A stretch of DNA of 24,713 nucleotides from Chthoniobacteraceae bacterium (GTDB lineage Bacteria; Verrucomicrobiota; Verrucomicrobiia; Chthoniobacterales; Chthoniobacteraceae): the NCBI GenBank assembly GCA_031409655.1, contig JANNXQ010000251.1, positions 1 through 24,713 on the forward strand. The letters are read 5' to 3'. Position 1 is the stretch's first letter. Each line of letters opens with the position of its first letter. Below, one piece after another: positions 18,601 to 24,713 of the stretch. The position numbers and the translations under genes are program-made. Below the pieces are notes generated by a model. It was not told the DNA's origin. It worked only from the letters and a program-made list of their open reading frames with translations, and did no database searches.

Positions 18601-18779
18601 TCGGACGCCCAGAGCTTCCCGTCCGCCGCATCGTCACCTCCATCAGCCTGACCACGGGTTCCGGCGGTGACGACGGGTTCGCACGCGGCATGGATCAGGA
18701 TGGGAACATCGCAGTCCTCGTCGGCCTGTCGAAAGGCACCGCAGCCTCCGGGCAGGCAATCTTCAAGGTCACGCCGTAG
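15651..18779 (+). CDS. Secreted 1042-aa protein: three N-terminal ND-motif beta-sandwich (PPC-like) domains plus C-terminal NxxGxxAF tandem repeats
   Basis: ATG 15651 follows a C-rich leader. The signal peptide ends AHA-A. Domains start NDNLIDA, NDSIGSA and NDLIASA, each with a W[FY]x[WY] motif and a [YF]YF-like end. Repeats are NRYGDVAF, NSADGLAF, NSRGRIA, NPGGRVAF and DQDGNIAV. Confidence 0.8.
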   Translation: MNASNLPPSPNVSRGRSRRWRPLVAALSAILASMNCHQQAHAALNDNLIDAQLVDLNGRLSIDTTNFTRETGEIGSGTVNARTAWFVWTAPPGGPASVRFATHGSSYDTIINLYKRDSLNPTPLVADLLAVSGAPENPVLVDDDSAITVTQGYVAWTPQAGTTYFISVGRNGGGGGNTTLEATFGPVLAADAVTASIPNDSIGSALEIVASVTTPATQVPRSQAVPGTTISATAEAGEQTLGAASAPKGGTVWYRYRVGASAEVFSVALSDFDADAVGQVILQAFTNTVTPAAPTFAQLSFAEEDSISSRLGQPRLVINAAANSEYYFRVTSTDGDGALFNLRLDYSPTAPTNDLIASAVTLTSTLPSIRNLGENIYSATQTDPTGFSGNTSGANVWYAWRAPASGPVKIRSIAPTAVGTTGNSHPIGSTFKYDCEVWFDTSSPKDTAFDTATAQSAGGFNDGGTQERTFYALANVIYFIEIGGDSNTNTSGRGYFGFVIEDTRITDVARTGVSYSSEGVLKLMSPPVVNRYGDVAFASTFEAGGPVTTRNDAGLFLFNGATTRVAVVKGDQEYGTPLDIDGDGIKDDKVIFGSFTNLFLADRTAAGDTDADLGFRASIAGTSDDQPVTLLNNLGFYRDDPANTGVREMRTSDYLSTSFTWNDGTAFLGAVNTPIRESADNTALVTGRLVGIPLVRDTGIFASSRNVVVQEEDPAPNTSDGVEFGDITGTPTVNSADGLAFRAILRGPGVTAANDTAIYSVADYNAAPNALNYRLRLRKGLAMPGAAGSTLAGGATVFSLGEPRINSRGRIAVLAGLKVGSGAPAVTAANDIAIVSDLLLPDLSFAIVAREGDLARDADGQTISGVKFTSSFTATIITGNAVIFSAKVIGTGITATNDCGIWLWDGTTTYLIARKGDLAPGIVGTGVKFKSLGLPLANPGGRVAFTATLVGTGVSLTNDTGLWAVEEDGLTPLLRLRKGETYDFGRPELPVRRIVTSISLTTGSGGDDGFARGMDQDGNIAVLVGLSKGTAASGQAIFKVTP

Positions 18780-18786
18780 GGCTCCC

Positions 18787-19584
18787 ATGAGTCGGACGCT
18801 GTCCAGGCCACTGCTCGCGGCGCTGTCGCTGGGCCTGGGCGCCGCGTGGCTCTGGTTTCGGCCGGACCCGCAGCCTGCGGCCCAGCCGGTGATCGCTGAA
18901 TCTCCCGTCGCTGCAACGCATGCCGAGGCCTCGCCGGCGCAGCAGCTGGTGGAGAAGCCGCTGGCCATGCTCGATGCGGCCACCTACTCCGCGACCCGGC
19001 TGCGGGAGATCAAAGCCGAGCCTGAGCCATGGAGGGACGAGTGGACGTGGCGCCGCGAATTCTCCGCGGCCAACACACCGGAGTTGCAGCGCGAAGTCGT
19101 CGGTCTCGCGCGGCAAGTCGGACCAGAAGCCTTCCTTGCCATCCTCGCCCAAGCTCTCGCGGCGGACGATTCCGTCGTGCGCCTCGATGCAGCGCGCTCG
19201 ATCGCCCTGCTTCCAGAGGCCCGGCTGGGTGATGGTCTCACGATCGGCGTCGCCGCACCGGACCCGGAGACGCGGAGTGAAGTCATGGACTTGATCGAGC
19301 AAGTGCAACCGCATCTGCAGCCCGCCCTGCTGCGCGCTGCGCTGGCGGCTGCCGAGGAAGGAGTGCAGCAGCGAGCCATCGCGATGCTCACCGGCCGCCC
19401 GAGTCCGGAGTTCTTCGGCGTGCTGCTGGAAGGCATCCGCACCACGACGGGCGAGACCCGTGCCTTGCTCGAGCTCGCCATCACCGAATTGAGCGGCGAG
19501 GCCCTCCGCGATTACGCAACTGCGACACGATGGTGGGCAGCCAACCGCCACCGCTTCGACGACATGATGGCGCGCGCGCAGTAA
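18787..19584 (+). CDS. N-terminally membrane-anchored HEAT-repeat-like protein (265 aa)
   Basis: ATG lies 7 bp after the upstream stop. Hydrophobic LLAALSLGLGAAWLWF, then a Pro/Ala linker, then helical repeats (ALAADDSVVRLDAARSI, APDPETRSEVMDLI, AAEEGVQQRAIAML). Confidence 0.75.
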   Translation: MSRTLSRPLLAALSLGLGAAWLWFRPDPQPAAQPVIAESPVAATHAEASPAQQLVEKPLAMLDAATYSATRLREIKAEPEPWRDEWTWRREFSAANTPELQREVVGLARQVGPEAFLAILAQALAADDSVVRLDAARSIALLPEARLGDGLTIGVAAPDPETRSEVMDLIEQVQPHLQPALLRAALAAAEEGVQQRAIAMLTGRPSPEFFGVLLEGIRTTTGETRALLELAITELSGEALRDYATATRWWAANRHRFDDMMARAQ

Positions 19585-19628
19585 GGCCGGCACGTCCCGC
19601 CGCCAAGACCGGACATTTTCCCCGCATC

Positions 19629-19702
19629 CGGGCTCGCTTCGCAGGCTGCGCCGGGTAGTTTTAGCAAATGTTCGGGCAGTATGAACCTCCGCAGTTCGAT
19701 CT
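19629..19702 (+). repeat. Right, intact copy of the 74-bp direct repeat, including a candidate leaderless promoter (TAGTTT 19656-19661) and the gene start
   Basis: Homologous to 15007-15080. TAGnTT lies 6 nt before the ATG in both copies. Confidence 0.85.
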
Positions 19703-21350
19703 CGATACCGATCCGCCTTCGAGCGGCGATCGGTGGCGCCGGCCTCTCTACTGGCTCGCGGGCGCGCGGTGGGAGGCGCTCCAGCATTGCCCGGCGACGG
19801 AGCGCGAACGCGTGGCAGTGCTCGGGAGCACGGTGCTGATCCCGACGATCATGTCCTTCCTCGGGATGATCTTTTACGCCAAGAGCCGCTTTGCCGATCC
19901 GCCGTGGCTGAGCGTCATTGCGATCGCGGCGGCGTGGGCCTTTGTGATCATGAATACGGATCGCATTTTGTTGGCCACGTATCGGCCCTTTCAGCCCTTC
20001 TGGCGCCGCTGCATGCAGGTGGCGTTTCGCTTCGGACTCGCCAGCGTAGTCAGCGTGGCGATCGGGTTTCCCTTTTGTCTCGATCAATACCGACCAGCGA
20101 TCACCTATCGCATTCAGACGGAGTTGCAGGGACGGCTGAATAGTCTGCGCGCGGAGGAGGCGGAGAAGCGACAGGGACTGCGCGCGGCCCGGGAGAAGAT
20201 CAACACCGACGAAGCCGCGACGCGCGCGAAGATCGTCGCGGACTTCACGGCGGCTCGCGACGCGCTCACGACGCAGCTCCCGGACTTGCAGAAGGCGATC
20301 CTCAATCCCGAGACGTATGCCGATGAGCGCATGGTCGAGGAGCGGGTGAAGGCGAGTGCGCCGGACTTTGTGGCCCCGGCCAGCGGGGCCACCCGCGGCG
20401 TGCTCTCGCAGATCGAGGCGCTGAAGGAGACGCTGGCGAAGACGCAGGCCGAGATCGCGGAAAAGGGGGATCTCCATCGACGGCTCGTGGAGGCCATCGC
20501 CCGCGAGGCGCTCGGCGAACCGAATGAATTTTACCCCGAGAAAAAGCAGGCCGGCAGCGGGCCGCGGCTCAAGGACATGCGGGCGCGGGATATTGGCGTG
20601 AGTTCCGAACTGCGCCGCCTCGAAGACGCCTCGAAGCTGCACCAGCGGACGCTGGTGGAAAGCGACCGCGACCTCGCCAATGCCCGCCTCGCGGATCGCA
20701 ATACGTGGCTCGATGGGCTCATCACGAAGCGCGAGTCTTTCGTCGAAGAAGGGCGCGAGAAAGAGCGCATCCGCAAGGAACGCCTCGCGAAAGTGGAAGC
20801 GGAAATCGCCGCGCTGGAAGCCGAGCACCCGCAGCAACTCGCCAAGCTCGCCGAACAAACCGCTGCGCTGCTCACCGATCACCTCGCCGCTTTCAAGCAA
20901 CACGAAGAGCGTTACCTTCCGCACATCACCCGGCTCGAACGGAAGATGGTCGGGGTGCTCGATCCGATGGAGGAAACGCTCGGGCTCTATCGCGTCATCT
21001 TCCTCCCGGCGCCCGACGCGGACGCCACCGAATTGGCGGAGCAGGGTTACAAGTGGATCGCCGGATTGTTCCAGTTTGCGGTCATCTTCGGCACACTCTT
21101 CGTGCTCGATCTGGTGCCGATCATGGCGAAAATTTTCAGCCGTCCTGGGCCGTATGACGTGCTCGTCGAGCACCCGGAATTCATCGCCCACGAAAACCTC
21201 CGCGCCTTCCACGCGAGATACGGCGAGCACGCGGACGAGTGGGCCGACAACGGCATGGCGCAGAATCCGGAAGCGAAGCAACTCACGCGCGGCCACCCTC
21301 GCCGCAGCGCCATTGCCCGGAGCGAGGCGAGCAGCGAGCACCGCGGTTGA
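19668..21350 (+). CDS. DUF4407-like membrane protein with a long coiled coil (560 aa)
   Basis: Three N-terminal hydrophobic segments (VLIPT, FVIMNTDRILL, FRFGLASVVSVAIGFPFCL). A Glu/Ala/Arg/Lys-rich coiled coil contains GSGPRLK. A C-terminal TM segment is followed by DLVPIMAKIF...GPYD. Confidence 0.75.
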   Translation: MFGQYEPPQFDLDTDPPSSGDRWRRPLYWLAGARWEALQHCPATERERVAVLGSTVLIPTIMSFLGMIFYAKSRFADPPWLSVIAIAAAWAFVIMNTDRILLATYRPFQPFWRRCMQVAFRFGLASVVSVAIGFPFCLDQYRPAITYRIQTELQGRLNSLRAEEAEKRQGLRAAREKINTDEAATRAKIVADFTAARDALTTQLPDLQKAILNPETYADERMVEERVKASAPDFVAPASGATRGVLSQIEALKETLAKTQAEIAEKGDLHRRLVEAIAREALGEPNEFYPEKKQAGSGPRLKDMRARDIGVSSELRRLEDASKLHQRTLVESDRDLANARLADRNTWLDGLITKRESFVEEGREKERIRKERLAKVEAEIAALEAEHPQQLAKLAEQTAALLTDHLAAFKQHEERYLPHITRLERKMVGVLDPMEETLGLYRVIFLPAPDADATELAEQGYKWIAGLFQFAVIFGTLFVLDLVPIMAKIFSRPGPYDVLVEHPEFIAHENLRAFHARYGEHADEWADNGMAQNPEAKQLTRGHPRRSAIARSEASSEHRG

Positions 21351-21373
21351 CGCGAGGACAGCGGCGGCAAGAA

Positions 21374-21423
21374 GTAGGGGCGCCCTCGCCCCGAGGAGAT
21401 CCTGGGGGCGAAGGCGCCCCTGC
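21374..21423. terminator. GTAG-type REP-like long palindrome, probable bidirectional terminator between convergent genes
   Basis: Arms 21376-21397 and 21400-21421 are complementary at 20/22 positions. The element begins GTAG and ends CTGC. Confidence 0.65.
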
Positions 21424-21449
21424 TCCTTGATTCAGCGCGCCCCGCTCCT

Positions 21450-23291
21450 TTACAGCCCGACACCGGCTTGCAGCGTCTTGCGGCCTTCGTAGATCACGTC
21501 CTTGTAGGTCGCGCCCGCCGGGATCATCGGCAGCACATGCTCCGTGTAAGGCACCATGACTTCGAGGATGCACGCGGTCTTCTGCTCGAGGAACCATTCC
21601 ATCGCGGGTTTCAGGTCTTTCTTGTGCTCCACGCGGCGCGACGGCACGCCGAAGCCTTCGCAGATTTTCATGAAGTCCGGATAGATGGTCTTGGTGTCAG
21701 CGATGACCCGGGCTTCGTCCTCAAAGAGGCCGAGGAAAGTGTGGCCGCGATTCGAGGCGAAAAAGCGATCCTCCCACTGCACCACCATGCCGAGATGGAG
21801 ATTATTCAGCACCATCGCCTTCGCGGCGATTCCTTCGACGCGCGCCATCGCGAGTTCCTGAATGTTCATCACGAAGGATCCGTCGCCATCGATGTCGATC
21901 ACTTCGCGATCGGGGCGCGCCACCTTGGCTCCAAGGGCGGAAGGATAACCGTAGCCCATGGACCCGAGGCCGAGCGACGAGATGAACTGCCGCGGCTCAT
22001 CGACCGGATAGAACTGCGCGGCCCACATCTGGTGCTGGCCGACGCCGGTGGTGATGATCGCTTCCCCTTTGGTCAGCTGGTGCAGCAGCTCGATGGCATA
22101 CTGCGGCTGGATGGCGTCGTCGGAGTCCTGATAGCAAAACGGGAACTGCTCCTTCCAGGCGGCGATCTGCGCGCGCCACTCCGGGTAGAGCGTGTAGCCC
22201 TTTGACTTTCGCTCGTAGCCCGCTTGCGAGAGCATCGCGTTCAGGCGGGTGAGCGCAAACTTCACGTCGCTCTGGATCGGCAGACGCACGACCTTGTTCT
22301 TGTTGATTTCGGCGTTGTCGATGTCGATGTGGACGATGGTGCCGTGCTTGCAGAATTCGCTGAGCTTACCCGTCACGCGATCGTCGAAACGCACGCCGAC
22401 CGCGATGAGCAGATCGGCCTCGTTGACCGCGTTGTTGGAATACACGGTGCCGTGCATGCCGAGCCAGCGGAGGGAAAGTTCGTGCGACTGCGGGAAGGCG
22501 CCGAGGCCCATGAGCGTGCCAGCGGTCGGGATCTGGGTGCGCTCGGCAAATTCCTTCAACTCCTCGTGCGCGTGACCGCTGATGATCCCGCCCCCGTAGT
22601 AGATCATCGGCTGCTTCGCCTGGCGGATGAAGCCAACGAGTTCGTTCAATTCCTCATCGCCGCAACGCACGTCAGGTTGGTAACCGCGCAGGTTCACTTC
22701 CGCCGGCCATACGGGTTGCGTGGTGCCCATCTGGATGTTTTTCGGAATGTCGATGAGCACCGGCCCCGGGCGCCCCGTCTGCGCGATGTGAAAGGCTTCC
22801 TTCACGATGCGCGCAAGATCGTTGATGTCCGTCACCAGGTAGTTGTGCTTCACGATCTGGGCAGTCACCGAGAAGACGTCGGTCTCCTGGAAAGCACCCT
22901 TGCCGATCATCGCCTGCGGCACCTGGCCGGTGATCGCCACGAGTGGCGTCGAATCGAGAAAGGCGTCCGCCAGACCCGTCACGAGATTCGTCGCCCCCGG
23001 GCCGCTGGTCGCCATGCAAACCCCGGCTTTGCCCGTCGCACGGGCGTAACCTTCTGCCGCGAAAACGCCGCCCTGCTCATGCCGTGGGAGATAAGTGCGG
23101 ATCTTCTTCGACCGCGTGAGCGCCTGGTGCATGGCCATGCTCGCGCCGCCGGGGTAAGCGAAAATCGTATCGACCCCCTCGCGCTCCAGTGCCTCGACGA
23201 GGATATCCGCTCCGCTCATCGTCTTGCCGCGCTCGGGTGCTGCCGCGGAGGTTTGGGCCGCGGATGTCTTGGTGGTCGTTTTGGTGCTCAT
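21450..23291 (-). CDS. ilvB: Acetolactate (acetohydroxyacid) synthase large subunit, biosynthetic type (613 aa)
   Basis: FAYPGGA, RHEQG, ATSGPGATN, TGQV, AFQE, RFDDRVTG, GVGQHQMW and the TPP motif GDGSF...NN. Start placed at MSTKTTT (23291). Confidence 0.95.
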   Translation of the reverse strand: MSTKTTTKTSAAQTSAAAPERGKTMSGADILVEALEREGVDTIFAYPGGASMAMHQALTRSKKIRTYLPRHEQGGVFAAEGYARATGKAGVCMATSGPGATNLVTGLADAFLDSTPLVAITGQVPQAMIGKGAFQETDVFSVTAQIVKHNYLVTDINDLARIVKEAFHIAQTGRPGPVLIDIPKNIQMGTTQPVWPAEVNLRGYQPDVRCGDEELNELVGFIRQAKQPMIYYGGGIISGHAHEELKEFAERTQIPTAGTLMGLGAFPQSHELSLRWLGMHGTVYSNNAVNEADLLIAVGVRFDDRVTGKLSEFCKHGTIVHIDIDNAEINKNKVVRLPIQSDVKFALTRLNAMLSQAGYERKSKGYTLYPEWRAQIAAWKEQFPFCYQDSDDAIQPQYAIELLHQLTKGEAIITTGVGQHQMWAAQFYPVDEPRQFISSLGLGSMGYGYPSALGAKVARPDREVIDIDGDGSFVMNIQELAMARVEGIAAKAMVLNNLHLGMVVQWEDRFFASNRGHTFLGLFEDEARVIADTKTIYPDFMKICEGFGVPSRRVEHKKDLKPAMEWFLEQKTACILEVMVPYTEHVLPMIPAGATYKDVIYEGRKTLQAGVGL

Positions 23292-23307
23292 GGAAAAAAG
23301 GTGCGGG

Positions 23308-23336
23308 AGAATATGAGGAGAGGCGCCGCGCCGCAA
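23308..23336 (-). promoter_or_regulatory. Candidate sigma70 promoter for ilvB
   Basis: Minus strand TTGCGG (23336-23331), 17-nt spacer, TATTCT (23313-23308), ending 16 nt upstream of the ATG. Confidence 0.45.
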
Positions 23337-23363
23337 GCCCGCAAACCTGCGCGCCCGGCTGGG

Positions 23364-23560
23364 ACCACAGATGGACACCAACCCCATTCTTCCTACCTGA
23401 GATCAGGGGACCGGCGGTCGCGCAGAGAATTCGACCACAGATGACCCAGATCACCCGGATGGGTGCATGCTGGCGATCCCCCTTTCCCAATATCTGTGCG
23501 ATCTGTGCCATCTGTGGTTCACCTTTCTGTGGAATCTTGGCGGCATGTGCGGCATGTGGA
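23364..23560. repeat. Palindromic element built from 9-bp periodic CACAGAT/ATCTGTG units
   Basis: 23434-23460 matches the reverse complement of 23492-23518 at 22/27 positions. An extra arm ACCACAGATG starts at 23364, and degenerate TCTGTGG/GCATGTG units lie at about 23527-23560. Confidence 0.75.
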
Positions 23561-23586
23561 TGCGCGTCCGCAAAGCATCGCCGCGG

Positions 23587-23623
23587 AAACAGAAACGCCG
23601 CCCCATTTGCACGGGGCGGCGTT
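23587..23623 (-). terminator. Intrinsic terminator of the glutamine synthetase gene
   Basis: Perfect 11-bp stem AACGCCGCCCC (23594-23604) / GGGGCGGCGTT (23613-23623) with an 8-nt loop. It runs into TTTCTGTTT on the minus strand. Confidence 0.8.
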
Positions 23624-23687
23624 CGTTGAGTGGCCTTTGAAACTTCGCTGAGTTCCGCTTAAAGGCGCAGAGTTCGAGTGGTGCGGT

Positions 23688-24710
23688 TTACTTCGTCGGG
23701 ACAGTCGCGATGGTCTGCAGGATGCGGCTGGCGATCTTGTACGGGTCGCCTTGGGAGTTCGGACGGCGGTCTTCCAAGTAGCCCTTGTAGCCGTTGTTCA
23801 CGAAGCTGTGCGGGACGCGGATGGACGCACCGCGGTTTGCTAAGCCGTAGTTAAACTTGTCGATGGATTGCGTCTCGTGGAGGCCGGTGAGGCGAAGATG
23901 GTTGTCGGGTCCGTAAACGGCGATGTGCTCGTTCTTGTACTTGTCGAAGGCAGCCATGAGCGCCTCGAAGTATTCCTTCCCGCCCACCGAGCGCATATGC
24001 TCCGTGGAGAAGTTGGAGTGCATGCCGGAACCGTTCCAGTCCACGTCCACGCCGAGCGGCTTGCAGTGGTAGTTCACGTCCACGCCGTACTTTTCGCAGA
24101 GCCGGTTGAGGAGGTAGCGGGCCATCCACACTTCGTCCGCGGCGCGCTTCGAGCCCTTGCCGAAGACCTGGAATTCCCACTGGCCCTTGGCCACTTCGGC
24201 GTTGATGCCTTCGTGATTGATACCCGCCGCGAGACACAGATCGAGGTGAGCATCGACGATCTCCCGGGCGACTTCGCCCATGTGACTGTAGCCGATGCCG
24301 CAGTAGTAGCGGCCCTGGCCTTCGGCAGGAAATCCACCGCCAGGGAAGCCCAGCGGAGCGCCGTCCTGATAGAGGAAATACTCCTGTTCGAAGCCAAACC
24401 AGGTACCAGCGTCATCGAGGATGGTGGCGCGGGAGTTGGTCGGGTGCGGATTGCCGTCCGGGAGATAGACTTCGCAAAGGACGAGAGCGCCATTGGTCTT
24501 GGTCGGATCGGGGAAAACCGCGACTGGCTTGAGAATGCAGTCGGAGGTTTTGCCTTCCGCTTGCCGGGTGGAACTGCCGTCAAATCCCCAATCGGGAAGT
24601 TCTCCGAGCTTCGGAAAGCTCTCGAAATCCTTGACCAGGGTTTTGCCGCGGAGGTTCGCGACGGGCTCGTATCCGTCGAGCCAGATGTATTCCAGTTTGT
24701 ACTTCGCCAT
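23688..24710 (-). CDS. glnII: Glutamine synthetase type II (340 aa)
   Basis: KLEYIWLDG, LRGKT, WGFDGSST, WFGFEQEY, GINAEV..GQWEFQ, DWNGSGMH.NFST, RLTGLHET, NRGASIRVP and GYLEDRRP. The length is GSII-like. Confidence 0.93.
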   Translation of the reverse strand: MAKYKLEYIWLDGYEPVANLRGKTLVKDFESFPKLGELPDWGFDGSSTRQAEGKTSDCILKPVAVFPDPTKTNGALVLCEVYLPDGNPHPTNSRATILDDAGTWFGFEQEYFLYQDGAPLGFPGGGFPAEGQGRYYCGIGYSHMGEVAREIVDAHLDLCLAAGINHEGINAEVAKGQWEFQVFGKGSKRAADEVWMARYLLNRLCEKYGVDVNYHCKPLGVDVDWNGSGMHSNFSTEHMRSVGGKEYFEALMAAFDKYKNEHIAVYGPDNHLRLTGLHETQSIDKFNYGLANRGASIRVPHSFVNNGYKGYLEDRRPNSQGDPYKIASRILQTIATVPTK

Positions 24711-24713
24711 GTT

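Noticed and set aside
19512..23444. Opposite-strand ORFs 19512-21341, 21468-22205 and 22224-23444
   Set aside because: They are antisense shadows of the DUF4407-like gene and ilvB.
23077..23651. Short ORFs with ICAICAICG or ilvB-leader-like content
   Set aside because: They are translations of the 9-bp periodic palindrome, and no Ile/Leu/Val leader peptide with attenuator geometry was seen.

Overview
High-GC bacterial DNA. Gene content and the C/A-rich leaders without Shine-Dalgarno sites suggest PVC superphylum, probably Verrucomicrobiota (inference). Left edge: the 3' end of an IS110-family recombinase gene, absent from the ORF track, with an IS621-like right end (TTGACC...ACGGTAT-CT) next to a small palindrome. 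216-12733: three co-oriented minus-strand paralogues that share a non-hydrophobic N-terminal E-[PI]-L-E-[AT]-R-I-A-P-A leader. Together they carry five copies of one [DxDGD cap - Gly-rich ~25-aa solenoid repeats - C-cap] module. The last gene also has six 213-bp FG-GAP repeats and a 5-bp frameshift. Then come a FemAB-like GNAT gene and an exported TlpA thioredoxin gene. A 4.6-kb block (decayed gene fragment, 1042-aa secreted NxxGxxAF-repeat protein, membrane-anchored HEAT protein) lies between two copies of the upstream region plus first 12 codons of a DUF4407-like gene. The right side holds a plant-type ilvB and a type II glutamine synthetase, with palindromic intergenic elements. No rRNA, tRNA or CRISPR array was seen. 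All family calls come from motif recognition, not database searches.
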